From: an uncultured bacterium
GTDB lineage: Bacteria > Krumholzibacteriota > Krumholzibacteriia > Krumholzibacteriales > Krumholzibacteriaceae
NCBI GenBank assembly: GCA_965371515.1
Contig: CBDUYR010000001.1
Span: forward strand, 1-64,000
Reading direction: 5' to 3'
Length of the DNA stretch: 64,000 bases
This document shows positions 10,901 to 19,517 of this stretch, piece after piece. How positions within the stretch are numbered: the stretch's first letter is position 1; every line of letters starts with the position of its first letter. The notes under the pieces were generated by a model. The model searched no databases. It had not been told where the DNA came from and saw only the letters and a list, made by a program, of their open reading frames with translations. The position numbers and the translations under genes are program-made.

Positions 10901-11341
10901 TCGGAATACTTCGAGATCCGCAGGATCCTGCGCTATCCGCCTTCTGCATGGAAGACGGTATTGCACGAGGGATTGTTCGGCGCCTACGTGAGGTCGGCAG
11001 AATGCATCAGGGCCGGGGACGGCGGAGCAAGAGCGCTATGGAATACCGGGATACCGGAAGCAGGATTGTACGATGTCTATTGTTACATCTTTGATCCTTA
11101 CAGGAAGTTCCGGCCGAAGGGCAGGGTCAAGGCCGGTCTTGACCGGATCGAGCATCACTACACCATCCATCATTCTGATGGCTCGAGCGGGGTCGTGCTC
11201 ATGCCCGCCCGGTGCGAGGACGGGTGGAACCTGATCGGCAGGTACTTCTTCGAGGAGGGGGAGGCTGTCGTCGAGCTCTCCGACGAGTCGCCGGTGCTCT
11301 ATGTCATCGCCGACGCGGTCAAGTGGGTAAAGAAGGATTGA
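7979..11341 (+). CDS. Large membrane protein: ABC-2-type permease N-terminus, M1-aminopeptidase-like scaffold without HEXXH, C-terminal golvesin-like beta domain
   Basis: About 6-7 hydrophobic segments in the first ~290 aa (IALYEAK...GWLFR); FTLNPGL, WYP and FLEVP in the middle; C-terminal VVDDQDPGF...GWNLIGRYFF...ADAVKWVK. Start could be ATG 7988. Confidence 0.7.
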   Translation: MEDMFDSIFRIWSIALYEAKVIMRGWLFRIALLLPVAFLLVIMLTRLFQIRSIGILFQVFYNAPSTIPWIVTVFYTIYSCIVLAAVSTNSGWREWKLDSLEAIRIRPWSNIEHAVGKAAGQIFCFIIMTVAVLLVTLGISIFSHGMITFGAGYLLYPLIICAPAFFFVSGLSMLAARVFRNQMLSLLVVTAVILLSVFTADRYFHLLDMTAFRMPLFFSRMTGFSFPELIARQRLLYLVAGLMMVCVTALIPHRPPGRRLTTAVTSIAAVVLLVFCFYAGFGYADHFSTGVELRKSIREISRTLRPVPLLEPLEYHIDVDQEGRGIDCSVRIVLENRSGSSVDRYVFTLNPGLDVEEVTDRSGSIDFERDLHLLTVVPPGALRPGEKDTIDIRYTGAVDARAMFSDVAESVRSADRSLHDMSSFMVDMPGTIMFRVPRDIAPQRYDYMLLVPDAMWYPVPGLPYDPLSPECDRRSFSIFRLKVNPREGLNAVSQGKRTATENGGFLFEPECPLTGITLALGEFRARTIKVDSLEYILQSTPSSEELFVLMDCVADTLPTLIAEARDKLEYSLGLGYPFERMTFLEVPASFFPFNRPLRETGFGLTQPEIFLVHEGGIALGLRGLPAWLDMIREYRVENEEPPEDRDRNIVIHSTRFLLGSLGRDDAYNLFPMYFRHAVGIEVSRYPHLGLMLEHMAGEGVLFNQRGRHWIADGITDSERASRMIIHGGFLESVMDPDNYRWAGNLVRSWASHHYYLIDALSEKEMIAGFIRDLTESNRFRNIDEDVLLESFAERFGFRLESVVIDLENPVDIPGYLYGDFDCCEVIEGERKYYKASFDVINREGVRGVIAVTAALKYPKAVRKAMRRTIKNPVVAIEAFEPGESRRVEFTLDYEPITIWINTMISRNVPSRITWGPRVEVSGACGSGRRKAGGIDLRDFEEGNIVVDDQDPGFETVGGDDGGFLRRLLPSTSEESEYFEIRRILRYPPSAWKTVLHEGLFGAYVRSAECIRAGDGGARALWNTGIPEAGLYDVYCYIFDPYRKFRPKGRVKAGLDRIEHHYTIHHSDGSSGVVLMPARCEDGWNLIGRYFFEEGEAVVELSDESPVLYVIADAVKWVKKD

Positions 11342-11345
11342 GAGT

Positions 11346-12134
11346 ATGACATTGAACATCAACGCTGCACCACCGAGTGAGTATGAAGACTGGTATTTCC
11401 GCAAATCGTACGTGCGTGAATGGCCGCAGTTCTGGTCACGACTCTCCCCGCAGCCCGATATCCTCCAGGGAAAGCGGATACTTGAGCTGGGGTGCGGTTA
11501 CGGCGCCTTCTGCATCCGTTCGGCTGAGGAAGGCGCGTCGGCTGTTGTAGGGCTCGACCTCGACGAGAGGCGCATAGAGATCTGTCGGCACTTTCTCGCC
11601 TCAGAACACAACGCAGTTTCCTCCTTCGTGGAGTTTCGCGCGGAGCCGATTGAATCCCTCTCCGGGGAGCGGTTCGACGTCGTCATCAGCAACGAGACCC
11701 TTGAGCATGTGTTAGATCTACCTTCAGCCGTCGACGCGATAGAGAAGTTACTGGATCCCGGAGGGATCTTCATCGCCGGATGGGGTCCTCTGTGGCATGC
11801 GCCGTTTGGGGGACACGGCTACGCCTGGAAAGTTTTCGGGAGGACGGTGCCCTGGTCGCATGTTTTTGCACCCGGTTTGACCCGCCGATCGTATATGAGG
11901 TATACAGGTGGTCTCGATCGGACCGGCCCGCGGGAGGTCGGGATGAACGCGCTCCCGATCGAAGAATACAGGAAGCTGTTCGGCCATTCCGGGTTGATTA
12001 TTGATTCCTGGGTAGAGAACGCCGGCGGGGGCTCCCGTTATGCGATATTGAGATTCCTTGCGAGATTCGGCCCCACTCGAAGATATTTCACTTCGAACGT
12101 ATATGCGTCGATGCACAGAAGCCCCCCCCTGTAA
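11346..12134 (+). CDS. Class I SAM-dependent methyltransferase
   Basis: ILELGCGYG, VVGLDLD, FDVVISNETLEHV, LDPGG; W..P.GGH...PWSH insertion. Confidence 0.9.
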   Translation: MTLNINAAPPSEYEDWYFRKSYVREWPQFWSRLSPQPDILQGKRILELGCGYGAFCIRSAEEGASAVVGLDLDERRIEICRHFLASEHNAVSSFVEFRAEPIESLSGERFDVVISNETLEHVLDLPSAVDAIEKLLDPGGIFIAGWGPLWHAPFGGHGYAWKVFGRTVPWSHVFAPGLTRRSYMRYTGGLDRTGPREVGMNALPIEEYRKLFGHSGLIIDSWVENAGGGSRYAILRFLARFGPTRRYFTSNVYASMHRSPPL

Positions 12135-12144
12135 CTTCTTGATT
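12132..12144 (-). promoter_or_regulatory. IHF-binding site candidate
   Basis: Reverse complement AATCAAGAAGTTA is an exact match to WATCAANNNNTTR, about 20 bp upstream of a -24/-12 element. Confidence 0.6.
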
Positions 12145-12163
12145 CAACTCTCTTTAAATCTTG

Positions 12164-12179
12164 TGGCACATTAATTGCT
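12164..12179 (+). promoter_or_regulatory. sigma54 (-24/-12) promoter candidate upstream of lpxL-lptC-lptB-rpoN
   Basis: TGGCAC-ATTAA-TTGCT in an AT-rich intergenic region; GG-N10-GC spacing is exact. Confidence 0.72.
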
Positions 12180-12295
12180 TGTATCACCTACCGGCCTGTG
12201 TTATACCTTGGAAAGTGGTAAGTTAGTTACCTTGTTTTTCAACATGTTACGTGAGATGACACGTTTCGTGGCGGTAGGACACGGGAGGACAAGGG

Positions 12296-13261
12296 TTGTC
12301 CAGTGACCTGCGGAAAAAAATAAAAAAAACGGCCCGACGGCTGGGCGAGACCACTCTCGTCAGAATGCTCGTCTTCCTGGCCGTTAGCCTGCCGCGACGC
12401 ACTGGTCTCTCACTGTTTACATTTTTCGGAATGGTTTCGTACAGGCACTGCCGGAAGGACAGGGTACGCGCACACGAGAACATCGCGAGCGCTTTCCCCG
12501 GTACGCCGGCGCTGGTCGTAAAGGCGATAGCCAGGGGGGTGTTCAGGTCGATCGGGAAGAATTCCCTCGATGCCCTCAGGCTGACTCGCCGGACGAAGCA
12601 GCAGGTGCTCGAGTCGTGTCTCGTCACGGGCGAGGAGAACCTCCGACGGGCCCTGGCCCACGGAAGGGGAGTGCTGGCGGTCACCGGCCATATCGGATGC
12701 TGGGAGCTGCTCGGCGCCTACCTCTCCGAGAAGGAGTACAGGGTCAGCGTGCTCGTGAACAGGCTCAGCAACGAGGCGCTCAACAGGATGGTAGTCGAGA
12801 TGAGGCGCAGGCACGGAGTGGAATCGTTCTACCGCGGAGACACGGCGGACGCCGGGTGCAGCGCGCTGGAAAGAGGGGAGATCCTCGGGATGCTGGCCGA
12901 CAGGAACATCGACACCGACGGGATTATGGTGCCCTTCTTCGGCAGACCCGCCTGGATGCCGGCAGGTCCGGCCGTCTTTGCCCTGCGGAGCGGGGCGGCG
13001 GTAGTACCGATGGCGATCCATATGCAGCCCGGCGGGATGCATCAGATAACGATCCTGCCCGAGATCGAACATCCACCGGAGGACCTGCCCGAGGAGGAAC
13101 GCCAGGCTGTTCTCACAAAAGACGTGACCGCCGCGATAGAGAAGCTCGTCAGGCTCTATCCGCAGCAGTGGGCCTGGTTTTACGACAGGTGGCAAATTTG
13201 TACGGAACATCTGGAAAAAATCGAGAATTCGGGATATCTTGAGATGGACGGCCCCGCATGA
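12296..13261 (+). CDS. Lipid A late acyltransferase / lysophospholipid acyltransferase (LpxL/HtrB family)
   Basis: GHIGCWE (HxxxxE), VPFFG, P.QW.W...RW; TTG start after GGGAGG. Confidence 0.85.
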   Translation: MSSDLRKKIKKTARRLGETTLVRMLVFLAVSLPRRTGLSLFTFFGMVSYRHCRKDRVRAHENIASAFPGTPALVVKAIARGVFRSIGKNSLDALRLTRRTKQQVLESCLVTGEENLRRALAHGRGVLAVTGHIGCWELLGAYLSEKEYRVSVLVNRLSNEALNRMVVEMRRRHGVESFYRGDTADAGCSALERGEILGMLADRNIDTDGIMVPFFGRPAWMPAGPAVFALRSGAAVVPMAIHMQPGGMHQITILPEIEHPPEDLPEEERQAVLTKDVTAAIEKLVRLYPQQWAWFYDRWQICTEHLEKIENSGYLEMDGPA

Positions 13262-13314
13262 ACGTGCCGCCCGCGCGGGTGTATAATACAGAGCGGACCT
13301 GGTGGGAGACTGTG

Positions 13315-13920
13315 ATGAAGATGACGAGAGGAAAAGCGGCGATATTCCTTGCCTGCGCGGCGTTGGCCGCGGCTGCGCTCTCGTGCAGCCAGGGCGACAG
13401 GCCGCAGCGGTCGCTCGGCACTACGGAGATGGCCGACCAGGAGTTCTCGGACTTCACCACGATGGAGAGCGATTCGGGACTGGTGAAGTGGATACTCGAA
13501 GCGCCGGTGGCGAGGGTATACAACCTCAGGAAGCTCCTCGTGACCGACGATCCGAAGATCACCTTCTACGACGAGAACGGTGAGGTTACCTCGGTACTGA
13601 CCGCGGACAAGGGGGAGTTCAACCAGGTCTCCCACGACATGACCGCACTGGGGAACGTCGTCGTCACGACGGCAGAGGGGTACACACTCGAGACGGAGAG
13701 TCTCATAATGGTCCGCGAGCTCGGGGAGATACACTCGGAGGATTTCGTCAAGGTCACCAGGGGTAACGACATACTGACCGGATACGGTTTCCAGGGTTAT
13801 CCGGAACTGAAGAATGTAGACATAAAACGCGATGTGAGGGCCTACCTGCGCGACGAGGAAGGCTTGATAGACAAGGAAGCCAGGAAGGAAAAGGAAGGAA
13901 AGGGAAGTGGGGATGAGTGA
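13315..13920 (+). CDS. lptC: LPS export protein LptC (lipoprotein-like N-terminus)
   Basis: N-terminal hydrophobic segment ending LSC; beta-jellyroll motifs LTADKG, GNVVV, LETESL, TGYGF; directly upstream of lptB. Confidence 0.82.
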   Translation: MKMTRGKAAIFLACAALAAAALSCSQGDRPQRSLGTTEMADQEFSDFTTMESDSGLVKWILEAPVARVYNLRKLLVTDDPKITFYDENGEVTSVLTADKGEFNQVSHDMTALGNVVVTTAEGYTLETESLIMVRELGEIHSEDFVKVTRGNDILTGYGFQGYPELKNVDIKRDVRAYLRDEEGLIDKEARKEKEGKGSGDE

Positions 13921-14644
13921 AGGCAGGGGACTCGGCTGCGACGGTCTGGTCAAGGTCTACGGCAAGAGGCGGGTCGTCAGCGATGTCTCGATCAACGTCA
14001 AGCGAGGCGAGGTCGTAGGGCTTCTCGGTCCGAACGGCGCAGGCAAGACGACGAGCTTTTACATGATCGTCGGCATGATCAAGCCCGACGGCGGGACGGT
14101 TTACCTCGATGGTCATGATGTTACGAGACTGCCGATGTACCGCAGGGCCCGCAAGGGGATCGGCTACCTCCCCCAGGAGGCGTCGATCTTCCGCAAGCTC
14201 ACAGTCGAGGACAATCTCAAGGCGATTCTCGAGACGCTGAAGATCTCGAAGGCAGAGAGAGAGGAACGCCTCGAGAGCCTCCTTATGGAGCTTGGCATCG
14301 AGCACCTGCGCAAGAGTTACGGCTACCAGCTCTCCGGTGGAGAGCGGCGAAGGGTCGAGGTGACCCGTTCACTGGTCACCGAACCTTCCTTCATGCTTCT
14401 CGACGAGCCGTTTGCCGGCATCGACCCGATTGCCCTGGCCGACCTGCAGGGAATCGTCTTGAAACTGCGCGAGAGAGGACTCGGCGTCCTCATAACCGAT
14501 CACAATGTCCGGGAGACGTTGTCAATAACCGACAGAGCGTATATCATGTATGAGGGAAGCATAAAGCGCTCGGGAACCGCGGATGATCTGGCCTCCGACC
14601 CCGAAGTGAGAAAAATCTACCTCGGCGAGGCGTTTCGTCTGTAA
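13913..14644 (+). CDS. lptB: LPS export ABC ATPase LptB
   Basis: [47 protein letters not shown]. Confidence 0.97.
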   Translation: MSEGRGLGCDGLVKVYGKRRVVSDVSINVKRGEVVGLLGPNGAGKTTSFYMIVGMIKPDGGTVYLDGHDVTRLPMYRRARKGIGYLPQEASIFRKLTVEDNLKAILETLKISKAEREERLESLLMELGIEHLRKSYGYQLSGGERRRVEVTRSLVTEPSFMLLDEPFAGIDPIALADLQGIVLKLRERGLGVLITDHNVRETLSITDRAYIMYEGSIKRSGTADDLASDPEVRKIYLGEAFRL

Positions 14645-14660
14645 GCAAGGACGGATATAG

Positions 14661-16076
14661 ATGGAAATGAAGTTAGGTATGCGCCTGGGATTGCATCAGC
14701 GGCTGGTGATGACGCCGCGGCTGCAGCAGGCCCTGAAGCTGCTTCAGATGCCTACCCAGGAGCTGCAGCAGGTCCTCCGCCAGGAGATCCTGCAGAACCC
14801 GCTTCTCGAGGAAGTCGATGAGATCGAGGAGAACATCGAGGACGAGGCGCCGGTGGAAGAGGAAGCGGCGGGGGAGAAGGACGAGCAAGCGGCCAAGGAC
14901 GAGCAGCAAGACTGGGACGACTACTTCGAAACAGCGTTCGGGATGGGCGGTACGCAGGCGGAGATCGAAGAGAGGGAGGATTTCCTCGAGAGGGTACCCG
15001 TTGCAAAGCCGAGTTTCTCGGAGATCCTCATGAGCCAGTTGAGGCTTGCCACCGAGGACGAGAAGGTCCTCGAGGTCGGCGAGTACATCATCGGCAATCT
15101 CGAAGACTCGGGATATCTCGTATGTCCCCTCGAGGATATTTCGCGCACATGCAGCGTTTCGATCGAGAAGGTCGAGAGTGTGCTGAAGATCATCCAGACC
15201 TTCGATCCGTCCGGGATCGGCGCACGCGACCTGCGCGAAGGCCTTCTTATCCAGCTCGAGGTGAAGGGTCTCTCGGACAGCATGGCCGCGAAGATCGTCG
15301 CCGAGCATTTCGAGGAGTTCAAGCAGAAGAAGTACCTCGATATAAGCAAAAAGCTCAAGATATCGATCAAGGAGGTTCAGGTGCAGGCGGGCGTGATCGG
15401 GACCCTCAATCCGAAGCCCGGTCTGGATATAATATCCGAGGGGCCGAGGTACGTTATCCCGGACCTGATCGTCGAGCGCGTGGGCGACAAGTTTGTTGTC
15501 TTCCTCAACGACCGCAACGTCCCGAGGCTGCGGATAAGCCAGTCGTACAAGAGCGAGCTCCGGAGCAACCACGAGATCAGCGACGAGACGAGGAACTTCA
15601 TCCAGGGGCGCCTCAAGAACGCCAAGTGGCTGATCCAGACGATCGAGCAGCGCCGCCGTACGATGATCAAGGTGATGGAGAGCATCGTCGAGGCGCAGAT
15701 GGATTTCTTCGAGAAGGGTGCAGCCTATCTTAAGCCGCTGACGCTCCAGCAGGTGGCGGGAAAGATAGGGATGCACGAGTCGACCGTCAGCAGGGTGACG
15801 ACGAACAAGTACGTACAGACCCCGCGCGGCGTGTTCGAGTTGAAGTACTTCTTCAGCAGCGCGCTGAGCACCGAATCTGGCGGGGAGGTCTCGGCCAAGA
15901 GCGCGAAGCTCAAGATCAAGGATATCATCTCGAAGGAAGATACGAAGAAGCCGATGAGCGACCAGAAGATCGCCGACCTTCTCAGGAAGGACGGGCTGAT
16001 CATAGCGCGGCGCACCGTCGCGAAGTACAGGGAGCAGCTGGGGATCCTCCCGGCGAGGCACCGGAAAGAGTACTAG
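14661..16076 (+). CDS. rpoN: RNA polymerase sigma-54 factor
   Basis: LQQALKLLQ region I, HESTVSR, RpoN box ARRTVAKYR. Confidence 0.98.
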   Translation: MEMKLGMRLGLHQRLVMTPRLQQALKLLQMPTQELQQVLRQEILQNPLLEEVDEIEENIEDEAPVEEEAAGEKDEQAAKDEQQDWDDYFETAFGMGGTQAEIEEREDFLERVPVAKPSFSEILMSQLRLATEDEKVLEVGEYIIGNLEDSGYLVCPLEDISRTCSVSIEKVESVLKIIQTFDPSGIGARDLREGLLIQLEVKGLSDSMAAKIVAEHFEEFKQKKYLDISKKLKISIKEVQVQAGVIGTLNPKPGLDIISEGPRYVIPDLIVERVGDKFVVFLNDRNVPRLRISQSYKSELRSNHEISDETRNFIQGRLKNAKWLIQTIEQRRRTMIKVMESIVEAQMDFFEKGAAYLKPLTLQQVAGKIGMHESTVSRVTTNKYVQTPRGVFELKYFFSSALSTESGGEVSAKSAKLKIKDIISKEDTKKPMSDQKIADLLRKDGLIIARRTVAKYREQLGILPARHRKEY

Positions 16077-16108
16077 ATATTGAATGCCTTTAAGGTGACA
16101 GGCTATAG

Positions 16109-17014
16109 ATGACATTCATTACGAGTACACGCCGCAGTGAGAGGCTTCCCACGTGGCTGAGGAGAAAGATTCCCCTGGCCACGGAATCTTCGAGGATAGA
16201 GGGAGCCGTCAGGCGCAGGAATCTCCATACAATATGCAGGGAAGGCCTCTGTCCCAACAGGGCAGAGTGCTATTCGAAGGGCAAGGTCACGTTCATGATG
16301 CTCGGCGACGTATGCACCCGCGGGTGCGGATTCTGCTCGGTGAAGAAGGGAGCGCCCGGAGCGCCCGACCGCACAGAGCCGGAGAGGATCGCCGAAGCGT
16401 CCAGCGAGCTGGGCCTGAGCCACGTGATCGTCACGTCCGTAACGCGCGACGACCTTAGCGACGGAGGCGCCTCGTGGTTTGCCGGGGTCATCGGGGAGCT
16501 TCACGCCCTCGATCCCGCTCCAGTCGTAGAGGTGCTCGTGCCCGATTTCGGTGGTGACCTGAACGCTCTCGACGCGGTGCTGGACGCCGGGCCGGACATT
16601 TTTTCACACAACATGGAAACAGTAAGAAGGTTTTATCCGGAGATAAGGAAGGGGGCCGACTACGACGGGTCGCTCCTTATCCTCTCCGAGGCAAAGAAAC
16701 GAAAGAGGGAGGTACTCACGAAGTCGTCTTTTATGCTCGGACTGGGCGAGACGACCGAAGAAATCTACGAAGCGCTCGGGGACCTCAGAACTGCCGGGGT
16801 GGATTTCGCCGCCCTCGGCCAGTACCTGCGGCCCGGGCTGGACCAGGTGCCGGTCGACAGGTACCTGAGCCCGGAGGAGTTCTCGGAAATCGGGAACAAT
16901 GCGCGCGCGATGGGTTTTCTCGAAGTAACGGCAGGGCCTCTGGTAAGAAGTTCGTACCAGGAGAACCGTACGGGAGTTCGTCGCAAAAATGGCCGGACGA
17001 TGCCGGCCGGTTGA
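16109..17014 (+). CDS. lipA: Lipoyl synthase
   Basis: CREGLCPNRAEC (Cx4Cx5C), CTRGCGFC, TSVTRDDL, GQYLRP, RSSY. Confidence 0.93.
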   Translation: MTFITSTRRSERLPTWLRRKIPLATESSRIEGAVRRRNLHTICREGLCPNRAECYSKGKVTFMMLGDVCTRGCGFCSVKKGAPGAPDRTEPERIAEASSELGLSHVIVTSVTRDDLSDGGASWFAGVIGELHALDPAPVVEVLVPDFGGDLNALDAVLDAGPDIFSHNMETVRRFYPEIRKGADYDGSLLILSEAKKRKREVLTKSSFMLGLGETTEEIYEALGDLRTAGVDFAALGQYLRPGLDQVPVDRYLSPEEFSEIGNNARAMGFLEVTAGPLVRSSYQENRTGVRRKNGRTMPAG

Positions 17015-17031
17015 TGCGAGGAGGATGTGTA

Positions 17032-17580
17032 ATGATTATCACGACGACAGCGAGACATTTCGAAGCCAGTCCCGAACTCATAGAGCACATCGAGGAAAGG
17101 ATCGGCAGACTCAAGCGGTACTTCGATCATATTCTCAACGTCCACGTGATCATGGACGTTGAAAAATTTCGCCATATCGCCGAGGTGAACGTCCATGTCA
17201 ACGGGCACAATTTCACCGCCAAGGAAGAGTCGGAGGATATGCTCGGTTCGATAGACCTCTCGGCCAAGAGCCTTGAACGGCAGATCAAGAAATTCAAGGG
17301 GAAGATGAGAGACAACCACCACCATCCCCGGAAGAACGGCATCAAGCAGATTCCCGCCGAGAGGATCATCAAGGCGGAGAGTATCGGGAGCGAAGGCGGG
17401 ATCGACGTAATGGACCAGATCCCCCACGAGATAGTGCAACTCAGCGTCGAGGAGGCGATAGTATCGATGGTGGACCGGGAGAAGGATTTTCTCCTTTTCA
17501 ATAATTCGGAATCGGGTAAACTGAACTTCGTATACAAGCGGTCCGACGGCCACTATGGTGTCATCGACAGTCTCGACTGA
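17032..17580 (+). CDS. hpf: Ribosome hibernation promoting factor, long form
   Basis: ITTTARHF, LERQIKKFK, C-terminal SVEEA...NFVYKRSDGHYGVI. Confidence 0.92.
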   Translation: MIITTTARHFEASPELIEHIEERIGRLKRYFDHILNVHVIMDVEKFRHIAEVNVHVNGHNFTAKEESEDMLGSIDLSAKSLERQIKKFKGKMRDNHHHPRKNGIKQIPAERIIKAESIGSEGGIDVMDQIPHEIVQLSVEEAIVSMVDREKDFLLFNNSESGKLNFVYKRSDGHYGVIDSLD

Positions 17581-17613
17581 CAGGGGCCGGGGTTCTCGAC
17601 CTGGAGGAAGCCA

Positions 17614-18582
17614 GTGTCACAGAAATATTCAGTAAAGGAGTTCTTCGAGGAAAACTCCGAAGAGTTCGATCTCGAGACCCTGACGGACAACCTCGAGGGC
17701 CCCCTGCCGATCACCGGCCCGGACATACACAGGCCGGCGTTCGCGCTGACGGGGTTCATGGAGAACTTCCTCCACAAGCGTATACAGATCATCGGCGAGA
17801 CTGAGCTGCTCTATCTCGAGTCGCTCGACGAGGGACAGGTCGCAGACGCTGCCGTGCGGCTTTTCTCCCAGCCGCTTCCCTGCATCATAGTTTCCAAGGG
17901 TCTTGACGTACCAAAGCAGCTGCTCGATCTCACCTCCAAACACGGCGTACCGCTGCTGCGCACCACTATGCAGACGACCGAGTTCATCCACGAACTGACC
18001 GGGCATCTCGAATTGATTTTCGCGCCGCGGACGCTGATCCATGGCTCACTGGTAGACGTCTACGGCGTAGGACTGCTCTTCTCGGGCCGCAGCGCCATCG
18101 GAAAGAGCGAGATTGCGCTCGACCTCGTCGAGAGGGGCCACAGGCTCGTCGCTGACGACGTCGTGGAAACGTTCAGGCACGGGGACGCCATACTCGGGCG
18201 CGGCCGGGAGCATCTCAAGCACTACATGGAGATCCGCGGCGTCGGGATCATCAACGTGATGGACGTTTTCGGGATCAGGGCGGTGAGGATACAGAAGAGG
18301 GTCGAGGTCGTCGTCCAGCTCGAGGACTGGGACCCGTCGAAAGACTGGGACCGTCACGGGCTCGACGAGCATTATACAGATATTCTGGGCATCGAAGTGC
18401 GCCAGGTCGTCATCCCGATCTACCCCGGCAAGAACATTACCGTGATCGCCGAGACGATCGCGCTCAATCACATGCTCAAGATCTACGGCATCGACGCCGC
18501 CAAGCGCCTCGACCAGCAGCTTCTCGACATGATGGAGAGCGACAAGAAGACGAGACGCTATCTTCTCTACGATCACGAGTAG
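17614..18582 (+). CDS. hprK: HPr kinase/phosphorylase
   Basis: HGSLVDVYGVG, GRSAIGKSE, LVADD, MEIRGVGII. Confidence 0.96.
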   Translation: MSQKYSVKEFFEENSEEFDLETLTDNLEGPLPITGPDIHRPAFALTGFMENFLHKRIQIIGETELLYLESLDEGQVADAAVRLFSQPLPCIIVSKGLDVPKQLLDLTSKHGVPLLRTTMQTTEFIHELTGHLELIFAPRTLIHGSLVDVYGVGLLFSGRSAIGKSEIALDLVERGHRLVADDVVETFRHGDAILGRGREHLKHYMEIRGVGIINVMDVFGIRAVRIQKRVEVVVQLEDWDPSKDWDRHGLDEHYTDILGIEVRQVVIPIYPGKNITVIAETIALNHMLKIYGIDAAKRLDQQLLDMMESDKKTRRYLLYDHE

Positions 18583-18587
18583 GAGCC

Positions 18588-18983
18588 ATGACGGAAAAGG
18601 ACATTACCGGGATAATAGTCACCCACGGACAACTCGGCGAGGAACTTCTCAGGACGGTCGGCCTGATCATCGGCGAGGTCCACGACTGTTACGCGCTGTC
18701 GGGCTCCGACCTTGGCGACGAGCAGGTCGTCAAGTCGATCCGCGAGATACGCGACAGGAATAATGCGAAGAACATAGTGGTCTTCGTCGATTATTTCGGG
18801 GGGTCGTGCGGCATTTCGTGCGTAAAGGCGGCTCGCGGGCTCGAGGGCGTCAAGGTCATCAGCGGTGTGAACCTGCCCATCCTGCTCGATTTTGTCACGA
18901 AGCAGGGGACCATGGGGCTCGACGAGATCGTGGACCATCTGATCCACCGCGGCCAGGAAAGCGTCAGGGTCATAGAGCTCTGA
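18588..18983 (+). CDS. PTS mannose/fructose-family EIIA
   Basis: GIIVTHG, VDYFGGS, SGVNLP. Confidence 0.9.
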   Translation: MTEKDITGIIVTHGQLGEELLRTVGLIIGEVHDCYALSGSDLGDEQVVKSIREIRDRNNAKNIVVFVDYFGGSCGISCVKAARGLEGVKVISGVNLPILLDFVTKQGTMGLDEIVDHLIHRGQESVRVIEL

Positions 18984-19027
18984 CAAGGCAAGATTCCACA
19001 TGACAGCAAGAGACGGAGGGACGAGCA

Positions 19028-19501
19028 ATGGTGATTCTGTTTCGTATAGACGACAGGCTCATACATGCTCAGGTCGTGGTGGGCTGGGGGAGAAGACTGA
19101 AGCCCGACCGGATAGTGCTCGCCGACGACCTTGTGAACGCCGAGGACTGGGAAAAGGAACTCTACGCGAGCGCAGCCGAACCCGATTTCAAGGCAACAGT
19201 CCTTTCTCTCGCCGAAGCGGTCGAACAGATCAGCGGCGGCGTCTTCAGCAGCGAGAAGATCTTCCTGCTCGTCAGGGGGCCGGCAGAGGCGCTCGAGATG
19301 CTCGAGATGGGATTGACGACGAACGAGATAAATGTCGGAGGGCTTCACTTCCGCGAGGGGCGGGAGAAGATCACAGATAATGTCTGGGTCGACGAAGGGG
19401 AGAGAGAAACCCTGCGCGACATAGTGAAGAAGGGGATAACGCTCGAGGCGAGGACGCTTCCGGGTGACAAGAGGATAACGATCAATTCGAAGGTGGTCTG
19501 A
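19028..19501 (+). CDS. PTS mannose/sorbose-family EIIB
   Basis: RIDDRLIHAQV, INVGG. Confidence 0.92.
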   Translation: MVILFRIDDRLIHAQVVVGWGRRLKPDRIVLADDLVNAEDWEKELYASAAEPDFKATVLSLAEAVEQISGGVFSSEKIFLLVRGPAEALEMLEMGLTTNEINVGGLHFREGREKITDNVWVDEGERETLRDIVKKGITLEARTLPGDKRITINSKVV

Positions 19502-19517
19502 TCGGAAGGCAGGGCAT

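Noticed and set aside
7952..12134. Calling the insert a mobile element
   Set aside because: No transposase, integrase, terminal repeats or target-site duplication seen; kept only as a possible horizontal acquisition.
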